Origin: Tubiluchus corallicola
Lineage: Eukaryota; Animalia; Priapulida
Reading direction: 5' to 3'
Length of the DNA: 64,000 bases
Assembly: GCA_030141605.1 (NCBI GenBank)
Contig: JAQGDQ010000093.1
Coordinates: 434,001 to 498,000 of the forward strand
The translations under genes were made by a program, and so were the position numbers. Of this stretch, positions 1 through 11,559 are shown piece after piece. Every line of letters starts with the position of its first letter. Within the stretch, counting starts at the first letter, position 1. The notes under the pieces were generated by a model. The model searched no databases. It was not told the DNA's origin and saw only the letters and a list, made by a program, of their open reading frames with translations.

Positions 1-77
1 ATATTATCGATAATAATGAGTGAAAATGGGGTGGGGGGCACTGCAGTTCCACAGTACCTATATATGAGCCGCTACTG
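1..77 (-). mobile_element. End of hAT-like MITE (same family as 31873-32432), cut by the window edge
   Basis: Ends GAGCCGCTACTG, the reverse complement of the CAGTGGCGGCTC terminus, with subterminal sequence matching the family's 5' end. Confidence 0.7.
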
Positions 78-236
78 GTCAACTTTATTGTAGTTATAGC
101 AACATTCATTTCTGGTACACTGAAGGAAGTAACTTTGTAATTTCTACATATTGCATCTGTTGCTTTAATTGTCACTCATGTAGAACGTTATAATCGCATG
201 TTTTGGTAATAACCCAAGAATTTTACTTTCTTACAG

Positions 237-510
237 TTTCAGCAATGGCTCGAGGAAGAAGAAGCCATCAGCGGTAGTTGTTTCATACAAATTCGCGGAA
301 GCACGGAGGAATGCGAAGTCGAAAAATGGACTTTGCACTGCCACCGTAGCCGCGTTTGTCTGCGTAAATATGAAGCAAAAAACGTGCCATTGCCGGAAGA
401 TGTGGGTCATTGTACGGCAAGGATGCAAGTGGAGAAATACCTGGATTCCAACTCCTTGGTGGTTAACTACACCATGACACACTATGGACATGGATCCGGA
501 CCCGCGTCAG
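237..510 (+). CDS. Internal exon of Mutator-like transposase-derived zinc-finger gene (zinc module copy 1)
   Basis: ttacag acceptor, cag|gtgggt donor. Reads FQQWLEEEE...HCHRS...CTARM...THYGH, parallel to the 5889 exon (FEEWKETME...YCNRS...CTAAM...THYGH). Phase 0 in, phase 1 out. Confidence 0.75.
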
Positions 511-1020
511 GTGGGTAGTTTCCACGTGTAGGTTTTTCCACAGAAACATGTTTAAATCCACGTTTAAACATGTGTCAGATCCAGCACACCTACTACACTA
601 ATAGTTTGCTTGCTGCCGCTGCCCCTTGCCCCCATGTAAATGCAACATTTATCACACCGGTTGTCGTGGTGACGATGTTAATACTAAAAACAAGAAATTT
701 TCCTGTTGCCATAACGCTCTATTTTTTCGCGAAGAACGTTTTGTGTCTCTCATGTAAACTCAACAACTAACTCTATTTTAGCTAGGTTAACTCCTCAAGC
801 CCATTCCTACAGCTATATGTAAATTAATTCATTTTGGCTTCCTTATGTTGCGTGAATCGCGAAGCCCAAACTTCGCAACACCTGTCTTATATGACTTCAC
901 TAGAATGTATTATAATGTCATCCTGTAACCTGATACATACAGTTACATCAATTTTTGAGTAATGAGTGATCAATTTTACCGTTTATCAATGCTGACCAGT
1001 CTAGATTTATTCCGTTGTCA

Positions 1021-1418
1021 AAGGGGAATAAAGGGGAATTCTAAAGTTTTCCTGGAGAACTTTCCATGCAAAGTTGTATTACTTTGCATTACGCTTACCT
1101 GTTCAAAACACTTTTGTAATTGGAAACAAAAATTCTCGATAATTCAAAATATTCATGCCACTTGGTAAAACTTCACTGTATGGCCATCCCTGTGTGCACC
1201 ACTGATTCACCAAAAAACACATTATTGGTCTTACTGAAAATACAAATTAATTTAAGCTTTTGCTTATTTACCGAAGAGTGTGCCGCGAATGCTACGGTAG
1301 CATTAATCTACGAATACTGCTACCTAAGCCTTGTATGCAATAGTACAGAACGTAAGTGATATAAAATTTCCAGATGAATTTTTTAATCTTTGTTTATAAT
1401 GAATGTTTTCTTGTGCTT
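1021..1418 (+). mobile_element. Degenerate copy of TTAA-flanked Kolobok-like family B
   Basis: Shares aggggaa.aaagggg start, aactttccatgcaaagtt and ttttcttgtgc end with 16330-16988 and 19930-20739. Confidence 0.6.
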
Positions 1419-1486
1419 TGACGAATAATCGCGGATTTAATATTATGGTTATAAATAGTTTAATTTACCTTAATTGTTCATTTCAG

Positions 1487-1531
1487 AAAGTCCTGAAGTG
1501 TTGGAGAAACTTCGTAGCGACTCAGAACGGG
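1487..1531 (+). CDS. Small symmetric exon of the same gene (ESPEVLEKLRSDSER)
   Basis: tttcag acceptor, g|gtaagt donor, 45 nt, phase 1/1, open and compatible with flanking exons. Confidence 0.6.
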
Positions 1532-1606
1532 GTAAGTATTCTGTTATTTCCTAAATGTATAACTAAAATGATGTGCTGTAATTCACAAAATCTTCCTTGG
1601 CTGCAG

Positions 1607-1774
1607 AGCACTTCAAAAACATCGTCTTTATTTCTACCTTGATGCCACGCCCACGTATTCGTACATGAAAGATTTTGTACAAGTATCCACAAGAGGAATA
1701 TCCGTATTCAGAGCTTGTGGAAGAGAATCTGAACAGAACAGTAAATGATCCGGAATATGAACTGGAAGATACAG
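1607..1774 (+). pseudogene. Candidate phase 1/1 exon with an in-frame TGA at 1666-1668
   Basis: ctgcag acceptor and cag|gtagca donor, 168 nt. Reads EHFKNIVFISTLMPRPRIRT*KILYKYPQEEYPYSELVEENLNRTVNDPEYELEDT. Boundaries uncertain. Confidence 0.35.
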
Positions 1775-1798
1775 GTAGCACAGGTGGCTGTTAAGGTG

Positions 1799-1852
1799 AG
1801 AGAAAGAGAGAGAGAGCGAGAGAGGGAGGGAGGGAGAGAGAGAGAGAGAGAG
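1799..1852. repeat. (GA)n / GA-rich microsatellite
   Basis: Directly visible gagagaga...gggaggga...gagaga tract. Confidence 0.95.
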
Positions 1853-1896
1853 AACAGAATAACACATTTTGCCTTTGCACTACTGATTTTTTTAAA

Positions 1897-2540
1897 TGTG
1901 TGCATGCATAGCAAAATTGTCCATAAGTAGGCAATTAAGTTTTTCTAGTTATTCACATATCCTGAATCTCCATTTCATGAGGATCAAGCTTATCACTCTA
2001 CATTGTTTCTAAGCTAAAATAATCCATGTTGAAGTTTAGGTGGAGGCTACACACTGAAAACATAATCTTGAGAAAATTGTTGTTAAAGTTAGCCATTGTT
2101 TTTTGTCGTGTTTCTACAAAACACTTAGCAACTGTACAAATGTTGGTTGCTACAGTCTTTGGAAGAACACATTGATGTTATGTTTAAATCCAGTAGATGG
2201 CTCTTCCTGACGAAGATCTGGGTTTGGAATCAGTAAAATCCGAAGCAAACCGACTGCTTCCACGAGCTACTATCGGAGTTTGAAAATAGGACTTTTTCAC
2301 AATTCCAGTACTAGTTTCTAAACAGAAAAGCGGCTACAGGGTTATAAAAATAAATTTTAGTATTTTTTGACTTGATAATTTGATGCTGAAATATAAAAGT
2401 CCAATATTTGGCGTTCGTTTTTATAAAGTACAAAAAATTGGCATTTGACCAAATTTTTGGTGCATGCTACTTTGAAGCATCATAATGTAATTTTAACTAT
2501 ATGAACTTGTAGATGGTTTTGCTTTGCAATCAGGCAAATG
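1897..2540 (+). mobile_element. ~640 bp TIR element (MITE family A)
   Basis: Similar along its length to 33979-34537 and, inverted, 57161-57807 (shared ttctagttattcacatatcc.gaatctccatttcatgaggat). Confidence 0.8.
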
Positions 2541-5167
2541 ATGCTCGTTTGCTTTTATAGGCGATTTTTCTTGTGATTTATGTGAGAAGAAATTTCCCAC
2601 CTCAAAGTGTCTCAACATGCACAAATCTGCAAAACACCCGGTTACCTCGAGTAAGTAACATGATTTTAGTCTCAGTAATTTTGCCTACAAAGTAAATGCT
2701 GTTTAATTAAGTCTTATCCATGTTAAGTGTTGTCCTCTTAAGTTAATTTCTTCTGCTACGCTCATAGCAATGCAGTGCATTGTTAATTTGTAATTGTATA
2801 ACTTGCATTTTTGTATTGTGTTAAATGGATGAATAGATGAATCTAATCTAATTTTGTAATCCGAAAAACTGCGAGCAAAATTTTTGCAAAGCCAGCTTCA
2901 AAGCCTAATTTGCAAGGTGATACTTTCGCCATTCATCATCTTGAGTGAATTATGTATTGTCTAACATTATTCATTATCACCTGGGCAACTAGATATATGT
3001 ATCGTTCATAGTCGTTCACTTATGTTTAGAGGCCATAGCTGTGCCGTTTAGCTGAGCTCCAGCTGGTTTATTTCTACAGTCGACCTAGCCGATAGGAAAC
3101 CCGTTTTAATCGTGCCAGCCGCTCTGTGATTGGAGTCGAGCAATGTTAGTCACATTTTTGTCGTCTCCACAGATTTTTCTTTTCCGATAATCACGTGATG
3201 CTGTAAATCACTGGTTGAAATATGGCAAATGCATTGCGGATTCGCGGTCGGATTGTGCGTGTGGTGTTGAGCAAGAAAGCTGGCTAATACAAAATTAAAT
3301 ACAATAAATAGGCAACGTTAGTCACATGTATGGGATGATTTTGGTGTTTTGGTGTTGATTCCATCGGTAATCAAGAAAAGCCTCGCCAAGAGTTGGATTT
3401 AATTTAGAATTGCAATAAATCCATTGCTTTATAATAATAATAATAATTGATTTCTAATGCATTATTTGAATTTGTAAAGCAGCTTTTCTCTGTGTATAGG
3501 CAACACGAATTGTTTGGAAAATTTGACTCCATAATTTAACAGTTAGCTAACAATTTATCATTTATTTAATTAGCAAAAATTCGCAGTTTTAGCTGATTTT
3601 TTTAAGCCAACTCAGCTGAAAAGTCAGTCAACCTCAGCGGAGCTAGCTGATTTACTTTGTGAGTCAGCTGATGTAGTAGCAACTGACTCAGCTTCAGCTT
3701 CAGCCTCTAGTTATGACCTATGCTACTTACGACTTTCGACTTTACGATCCACCCACAACCTAATTAATTATACAAAACTAATGATAACTCATATTTCCTT
3801 TTTTAAACAATTTAATTTTAAATTGCTCACTTTTTCGATAAATTCATCCGTAGGTGCTGACATACTTAGTACACGTACACACACATCTTACTTGTCAGGG
3901 TGCGCCACTTGAACATACAGGTCCAACTTGCGTCCATGTCATCTTACGACCAATTTGAGGAAACCGACTCTGGTTGTAAGTCAACATCTACCTACAAAAC
4001 TAACAGCATGGATCAGAACAACTCTGTTTGGATAAGGAAAAAAAGCGGCACACAGATGTGCTGACATACCTGACTGCTAGTACTATCCAACATGCTGCTG
4101 GAAGGAATTCCACAAATGACTTTATCTCTTGTGTAATTTGTGCGTGCAGAAATTACTGTATCAAATCTTCTTCGCAAAATTTGTGACTTGTGTTAATTTT
4201 GCAGTTTGGAGTAGCTTAGTAGATAATTTCACAAGCGCAATTAGTCATCTTGTTGTTGCGTTGTGTGTAGGTTTTTGTTTGATCGTTTAAAGTGGTAAAC
4301 TAAGTGAAATGACTTTAGAACTGAAAAAAGTGGATTTCCTTTATTTTGTACCAAACTCTTCCGTAGAGAAAATAATCTGTTTCCTAAGCGCAAAACGAAG
4401 TACAAAAACAACAGTGTTATGGTTCACTTTATGCAAAACCTTAGAGAACAGCACAGCTCTCTCGACTGTGCCTCTTTTCTTTCTGCTCTCTGCCTCATCC
4501 TTTTTTGAATGGCTGAACCATTTTTTGTAACAGCTATTACATGTCATTACTCTCAAGAAGTCAATTCAAAAATCTAGATAAATATATCCTACATCATGAC
4601 GTCTTACGATAGCCGTAACCAGGTACAATGGTTAACAGAAATGCCTTAGGGACATAATCCTACAGAGAAAAAGGTTTAAATATAAAACCGAAACATACGA
4701 GACTGTCCAGGAAAATCAATAACCTTATAACATTAGGCTCCCAGTTTTTGAATGACAGGTTTGTGTGCAATTTCGGGACACACCCTTGCCGCCACAAAAA
4801 GTTTTGTTTTGAGTACTAAGGTTCCACTTTGAATATTACCATTTTACATTGAAAATTTGCACATTTTTGCATCACAAATACACTAAGTCATTACAGATGG
4901 AAAGGACCATTTATTGTTCTGAGTAAAATAAATACTATTAAGCTGCACATACACTTATAACAGTCTAAACTGCTGATTTATGTCAAGTGTGTGTTGACAG
5001 TTTTCATTTGCTATAGAAATGTGTCAACTTATAAGAATGATTTGTTTGGTGACACATTGTGATCATATTGTTGTCATGACACATATTAAAGCAGTTTCAT
5101 GTTATTTCATATTAAAGTGCTACGGAATCATCTCGTTTTCATCGTCTGCTTTAATTTTCATTTGCAG

Positions 5168-5304
5168 CCGAACCTCTCATTCGTTGCATTGAGCCGGACT
5201 GTTCGTTTGATGGTTTTAGTTTGGATCAGTTGCGACGGCATCTGCAGGAAAACCACAACATTCCCATGGAGACTGAGTTCCTCACTTTCAATTCCTGGAG
5301 TGAT
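5168..5304 (+). CDS. C2H2 zinc-finger exon of the transposase-derived gene
   Basis: ttgcag acceptor, gat|gtatgt donor, phase 1/0. Reads AEPLIRCIEPDCSFDGFSLDQLRRHLQENHNIPMETEFLTFNSWSD (C-x4-C-x12-H-x4-H) and joins 5889 in frame. Not in the ORF track. Confidence 0.8.
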
Positions 5305-5436
5305 GTATGTGAATTTAAAAACATTAAGCAACAGTTTCGAGATCGTGCAAATGTAGAACTTTTTTAGGAGTCATGAACTAATTTTGTTCCTTGTATGTGA
5401 TTTAATTGTAGCTTTTATACTTTTTATCTGCCAGTG

Positions 5437-5805
5437 GTGATTGATTATTGTGCTTGTGCTTCATTGGACTTGATTTTACTTTATTGTACTTGATTGACTT
5501 TAATTGTGCTTGCTTGTACCTGATTATGCTTAATTGTACTTGATTTTATTTTATTGTGCTTGATTGACTTTAATTGTTCTTGCTTGTACTTGCTTGTACC
5601 TGTTTATGCTTAATTGTACTTGATTGTACCTGATTGTGCTTGATTGTACTTGATTGTGCTTCATTCTACCTGATTATGCTTGATTGTGCTTCATTGTACT
5701 TTATTGTACCTGATTGTACATGATTGTGCCTGAATGTACTTGATTGTAATCGAATGTGCTTCATGGTGCTTGACATTGATTGTGTTTTATTGAGTTTGAT
5801 TGATT
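5437..5805. repeat. Degenerate 10-bp minisatellite (unit about CTTGATTGTR)
   Basis: Many tandem variants of cttgattgtg, cttgattgta and cctgattgtg inside the intron. Confidence 0.9.
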
Positions 5806-5888
5806 AAATGAAAGCTGTATTTTCACTATGATAAAGCTTGATTATCTGTCAGGATTTTTTAACCTGAAACGCTCGATTCTCTTTACAG

Positions 5889-6500
5889 TTTGAAGAGTGG
5901 AAAGAAACTATGGAAGGAGAAAGTTTGTCTTCGTTCATCAGAAGGGGGTCGGCGAAAGGGAAAGGCTCAAAAGAAACAGTGCATTTTTATTGCAACAGGA
6001 GTGGCGTGTATAGGTCCGTGGATCGCTCTCAGAAACAGCCTTTGAAGCAGGATTCTGTAAAATTGGGACGGACCTGCACAGCTGCGATGAAAACGGAACA
6101 TGATTTGGACTCCGGAGAAGTAAACGTGATTTTCACAAAGACTCACTACGGGCACGAGTGCATTGCCTCTCATTTGTTGGTGCCTAGCGCTTCTAGGAAA
6201 TCTGTTGCTGAGAAGATCACTGAGGGAGTAAACTTACCAAAGATTCTGGAGGATGTATGGGTCGGCGACGACAACGATGACGGCGGCTCAATCGAATCGC
6301 TGCTTGATAATATGGATGTTGAGTTGGATGTTGCTGTGGCTTCGTTGAGCGACGATTTTCCAGATACTGGTCAGACGAAGAAGCACTGCTTGAAAAAGTT
6401 AAACAAACTTCAAAAATTGTTAGAAAAAAACAATAATCCATTCGCGTTGGCCGAGGTGTATAGGAATCTTGATGCTTGCATTGCCGTGCTGAAGTGTTGA
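5889..6500 (+). CDS. Terminal exon of Mutator-like transposase-derived zinc-finger gene (module copy 2, acidic linker, helical tail)
   Basis: ttacag acceptor at 5888, in frame with ORF 5910-6500. FEEWK...FYCNRSG...SVKLGRTCTA...HYGH...RKSVAEKITEGV...ILEDV recalls animal MULE transposase N-termini. No DDE domain follows. Confidence 0.75.
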   Translation, partial: FEEWKETMEGESLSSFIRRGSAKGKGSKETVHFYCNRSGVYRSVDRSQKQPLKQDSVKLGRTCTAAMKTEHDLDSGEVNVIFTKTHYGHECIASHLLVPSASRKSVAEKITEGVNLPKILEDVWVGDDNDDGGSIESLLDNMDVELDVAVASLSDDFPDTGQTKKHCLKKLNKLQKLLEKNNNPFALAEVYRNLDACIAVLKC

Positions 6501-7110
6501 GAATCGGCCAGGGAGAGTGTGGCCACTAAACGACTTCTCGCTAAGAAAAGGTAACAGAAAAAAAATTGAAAAAAGTGATGCTATAACAGAAAAAAGGTTA
6601 AAAAAGTGATTCTGTGAAGGAAAAGAGAATAGAACTGACATGGCTTCTAATTTGAGGTTTGGACATGATTATTGTATCAGTTTCAACTGTAAGCTGTTAG
6701 TGCAGGCAGACAGACAGAAAAACAGACAGACCAACCTAAGTTCAAACAAATGATCACTAAAGCCTTGGAAAGTGCGTTTATGGAAAGAAAAGGCTAGATG
6801 TGCAGATTCATGCTTGGATAGAGTTTTATTTTGCTTAATTGTAAGTGTACGTGTTTGCAAATGCTCTAAATTAGTAAATTTATATTGCAATTGTTCAGTT
6901 AACAGCTTAATGTTATGTGTACCTGAAAATGTGTAGATAAACCAAAACTGTGTAACTGATTAAAAATGGTTTGTGTTCAACGAACGTTGATGTTGATCGT
7001 AAACGAGTTTACGATAATGTGCAACGAAACAAGATTCGTTTTCGCATTGCGGTGTTGTCCTTTTTCTTGTACCTTGAGCTCATAATGTGTTTAGTGTTAA
7101 TCCTATCCTG

Positions 7111-7796
7111 CAGGGCCGTTTTTTAGCAAATTTGACAGATTTCTTTAAATTGGGGTCGCTCGAACATGCTCGAGTTGAGGGCTCTATGATGAATTAATGA
7201 GGGTCCAGTGTGCACGAAATTTCTTGATGCTGTGAATGCAGTGAAACCAGTTAGTCTGACATCGTAAATCCTGTTTAAATTTTTTGCTGATCGTTTGTTT
7301 ATTGTTTTGTAATTTCAGTTTATCTTATGTTTTTAGAAGGTATATGGACGAACAGTATGTATTTCGACTTGTAACAAAACATTAAATATTTCACACAGGT
7401 TTATAATTTCTAGCACATATCATTGTGGCTAATGGTAGAGCTTCGAGCCCGCAACACTTTTTTGCTGGGACTGGAGTACTGCATGAAGAAAGTGGTGGTT
7501 TGTAGCTAAAATTAGTGGGGCGCTGCTTCAGAAAGTTACATTTAGAAATGTTACACGACCTTCAAACAGCAAACATTGGAAGCAAAATAGTGCATTTTTT
7601 TATTTCACAGCCACAAAATAACTTTTCTGTTGGTACCATTCTAAATTAAAGCTACGCATATACTTCTTGCTCTTTGTGGCTGAGATATTTGAATATTTTC
7701 GGGAAGCATAAAGCCATCAATCTTCAGCTTTTGTAAGGTAGAGAGCCCCGCTAACGATTTTCTGATGGGGCCCCATACTTCCTAGCACCGACCCTG
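7111..7796. mobile_element. hAT-like MITE
   Basis: CAGGGCCG...CGACCCTG termini, 8-bp TSD ctatcctg/ttatcctg. Confidence 0.75.
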
Positions 7797-7857
7797 TTAT
7801 CCTGCCAAAGTTTTTTGTCCAAGAAAAGTGTTTCTCCAGTCCAGAAGTAGTCTAAAG

Positions 7858-8201
7858 TAGAAGGTGAGCATCGAACTACAATTATAGATTCGAATAATTC
7901 ACCACTTCAGCCACATACTTTCTTTATCATTATCAAAATGTTTGAAACAGCATGCAGTTAGCACGTTTTAGAAGTGCAAAATTTTTAAACAAACTATTAG
8001 TAGTTTTTTGCTGCAGAACAAAATATTTTAATATGCATGATCTTTGTAAGACTAATTTTTGTTGGTGATTCAAAAATTTGTTCAAAAATCATTTAGTCTC
8101 AATTCGAATTCGAAATATTGAAGTTCGGTTCGATTCGAATTTGAAAGTTGAAAATTTGATTTGATTCAATTTCAATTTCTGGTAGAGAATGTTCACCCCT
8201 A
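7858..8201 (+). mobile_element. hAT-like MITE (TAG...CTA termini, ttcga repeats)
   Basis: Related to 32803-33154. Imperfect 8-bp TSD gtctaaag/gattaaag. Confidence 0.65.
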
Positions 8202-8474
8202 GATTAAAGTAGGTTGATTTACTGAATTTACTTCTCATTTCTGACTCTATTAAAAATTTGCTGTGTATTTGATGAATGCAAATGTGTGAATAAAATTTCA
8301 ATCTGATATAGTCTTGCTGTGTGATTATTAAAAGTGTCTGACCCTTTAGCTGTTTGAATAAATAAAATATTTAAATATGGTGAATGTGGAGGAATTTCCT
8401 CTCATTGTGATATCTGGAAACAATGTATGCGAGAGTTTAAACTGCAGTACGTTACGAAATAGCCTGTTACTCAT

Positions 8475-8585
8475 CTCGGCGATAATGGCGACGGTTCAGT
8501 TGGATCACTGCTTGATAATATGGATGTTGAGCAAGGTGTTGCTGTGGCTTTGCTGAATAATGAGTTTTTGGGCACTGGTCAAACC
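8475..8585 (+). pseudogene. Duplicated fragment of the terminal exon (paralogous to ~6262-6378)
   Basis: LGDNGDGSVGSLLDNMDVEQGVAVALLNNEFLGTGQT versus VGDDNDDGGSIESLLDNMDVELDVAVASLSDDFPDTGQT. Shared ctgcttgataatatggatgttgag. In-frame TAG just upstream, cut by an insertion downstream. Confidence 0.75.
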
Positions 8586-8984
8586 AGGGGCGTATCGAAA
8601 CTTTACAACGCCCTAGGCTGAAAGTTCTTTCCCGCCCATCTCTGTAGTGAATTTATGGTTGATTATGTAGTGAGGAGATAAAACAATTACATGTGGTGTA
8701 TTAGAAACACTAAACCAAGTTTCTACGTGGTCATTATTAATTACATGTATTTGAATAGCACTTATATTTATGCTTGTTGTGCAATACCTTGCACTTGTTC
8801 GTTATGTGGCACTTATATAAAAGCTGCACCCAGTAACTGCCTGTGGTGTGTTATGAAATGTGCCATTTACATGAATATGAAAGTATTCACATTTTCCGAG
8901 GAGAATTTTTTCTAAAATGTGACGCCCCTCAAGCTTTGGCACCCTAGGCTATAGCCTAGTTAGCCTATTGGTTAATACGCTCCT
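8585..8984. mobile_element. Probable TIR element interrupting the duplicated fragment
   Basis: caggggcgtat...atacgctccta inverted termini and subterminal cgccc/ccctaggct repeats. No convincing TSD. Confidence 0.5.
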
Positions 8985-9208
8985 ATTTACAGATTGAAAC
9001 ACTTCCTTTTGAAGCGTGCCATATTATGTGGCAAAATACTGCACATCCTTGTATCTCAATTTACTTAAATCTAAAAAGTCAATCAAGTCAGCTTCGCTTT
9101 ATTTAGCAATAAGATTTGGACACTGGTTAACATGACAGATTACATAATGATGTCAAGTTGTCTGTTAAGTAATTGTAAGTAATTATCATCTATATATATA
9201 TAATTTCA

Positions 9209-9746
9209 CTACGGCCATATCACATTGAAAACACCGGTTCTCGTCTGATCATCAAAGTTAAGCAACGCAGAGCCTGGTTAGTACTTGGATGGGTGACCAC
9301 CTAGGAGTATCAGGTGCTGTAGGCTTGCGGGATGCCCACACTGCATCTCAACACTAGCTGCACAAGCAGCCAACGGCTAGAGGGCGGAGGAGGTCGACCC
9401 AACGGCCATGTGTAGAGGAATAAACCTTCCAAATCAGGAGTGGAGCACCGAAGGCGGACCAGTGCAGCATGCTCACTGACTCCTGCAGCCAACCTGGTGC
9501 CAAACGTATCGCTCCGCTTTCCTTTGGACTACAACAAGGAGGACGAGAGGGGGTTCCTGTTGTCTGGGCAACTCAGGATCTCCCTACACCTTGCCCAGGC
9601 GTGCGCCCTGGAGAGGCCACTCCAGTGGTCCAAGGAGCGGACTGCTCAGCCACAGTCGACGCTGCAGCTCCACCAATGTGATCAATAACTGACTCTCTTG
9701 GCGCACACTACATTGTCTTCCGAGACAGAAGGATGCCAACAACAAC
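9209..9746 (+). mobile_element. 5S rRNA-headed SINE (SINE3 type) with GC-rich body and (CAA)n tail
   Basis: 9209-9326 closely follows metazoan 5S rRNA (ctacggccat...gaaaacaccggttctcgt...agttaagcaacg...ggttagtacttggatgggtgacc...gtgctgtaggctt) but lacks a T-run terminator. Continues ~420 bp to gatgccaacaacaac. Near-perfect TSD ataatttca/ataattttca. Confidence 0.85.
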
Positions 9747-11388
9747 ATAATTTTCATCTGTAAAATTTGGAAATTTTTTTATCTACGTTTTCAAGTTTTC
9801 TTCCATCAACATTAAATATATAAGTAAAGCAAATTTTGCAAAAGAGTGAAAGTGAAAAAATTAACGCAGTTTTGAGAAGACTTGCAGTATGACCTTTAGT
9901 TGAACTAGAAACACAATTTCATACAATAATAATTATGATAATAATATTCTACGTACAACATCATTATTGTACAGTAATATAATATTACTGTACAACAATA
10001 TGATGATTGTACCATTATAATAATACAATAGTATTGGTATCTATAATAATACTAACAGTAGACTCCAGCTCTTTGCAAATAGTCAGTTATTGATTAGTTT
10101 TGTAGTTAAATTATTAAACATAAGTATCATCTGTATGAATTTAACAAGTTTCTATGTAAATATATGTGATCAAGTTATTTACATCAAAATTAGATATATA
10201 AGTAAGGTATTTTTCTTTTTCAAATATAACCAGCAATCGAAAAGATGTTAGATCCAGATTCAGATAATTTATTTTATATCTTATAATACACGAAAAAATT
10301 AAGTACATAGCAAAATAAGTTATTAGTAGTTAGACAAAGGGTGGCGAAAAAACCCTAGAGGTTAGCACCCTTTCAGTTAAAGTTATTACAAGAAAATCTC
10401 GCGACGATTTGACCTACGATGAAACAAAGAAATCCGATCAAACTGAAAAATAATATAATGAAAGAGGTGATAAGAAAAAGTGAATCAAACTAGTTTTAAG
10501 TGGTAAAGCAATATGCAAAAATAAAAGAAACAAACTTAGGGAACAAACTGAGCAAAAAATGATAATGTTTGGTAAACCTGAAATAAGCATGCAATGAGAA
10601 AATAAAATTGAAATAACACTATAAACACATGAAACAGATTGATTTGTGTCAAACTAAAGCAAAAAAGAAACTAAATCGTAAACAAAGCAGCAAGCGACAA
10701 AATACTATGATTACATGGATACCAATACTATTGTATTACTATAAAGCTCTTTGGTCAGGAAACAACGAGATCTGCCCCAGTTCTGAAATGACCTTGAATG
10801 CCGAAACATTGTGTTTACTTAATCTTAGTTACATACATTTCGATATTACTTCCCACTGCAGATATACTAAGCAAACATTGTTCTAGTAACTGCAGTGCTA
10901 CATTGGGTCACCAGCAGTGCAAAAGCAACTCGGTCAGTACAAGTGCAACTTGTCCAGTTTGTATTTCTGACCATTTGATACGTGCTTTAACAATAACGTT
11001 ACTAATGTTATATTAAAGTATTTTCACTGGGAAAAGATTACTTGGATAAGTGTGTAATTATGTAAGTGGATCACTAATTTACTATCTCTATAATTATGTA
11101 CAAAACTGTATGCACCATGCACTTTCTTCAGAATATTTTTGGCTTCATTTGAGTGAAATTGAGTCTAGTCACTCGGAAAGATCTACATGTCTGTATGACC
11201 ATCCAGATGCATCGTAGTGGAAGAGGTTTCAAATCTTGTGATTTTATGTTGCCAATGCGATAGAGTAGGTATGTACTGTTTCGTGATTGTATTGATGTAG
11301 CGACCAGCAAATGTCCATTAGCTAATGATGTATGTTCCACTGTTTTTGAACGGGGAGGGTTCGACTCAAATCACTATACTCATATGGG

Positions 11389-11411
11389 TGTTGTTGTTGT
11401 TGTTGTTGTTG
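11389..11411. repeat. (TTG)n microsatellite
   Basis: Directly visible. Confidence 0.9.
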
Positions 11412-11559
11412 CTGCAGAATGCCTTTTGAAAACAAGTTTGACCATAGTCGAGGGACTCATTGAACTGGAGACTGGGACTTAAAAAATTGGCTCTGTCAAT
11501 AGATGCAAAAGATTTTTTAGTACACATTGGTTCACAGGTTTAGGTTTGGTCAATGTTAA

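Noticed and set aside
1666-1668. Selenocysteine or reassigned TGA
   Set aside because: No SECIS recognised, no redox motif context, and the RSBN1-like gene ends at a TGA after its conserved domain.
1634-1930. ORFs with RE or SL repeats
   Set aside because: Translations of the (GA)n microsatellite.
3030-3720. Independent gene with CCAAT/E-box promoter and SHVWDDF (BED-finger-like) peptide
   Set aside because: Frames are broken and the segment has inverted termini with cagct repeats; most likely a decayed DNA transposon, too weak to call.
9209-9326. Functional 5S rRNA gene
   Set aside because: Solitary, first bases missing, several substitutions, no oligo-T terminator, and it runs into a body, tail and TSD.
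9310-9688. Protein-coding ORFs in GC-rich DNA
   Set aside because: They lie within the SINE; high GC explains the open frames.
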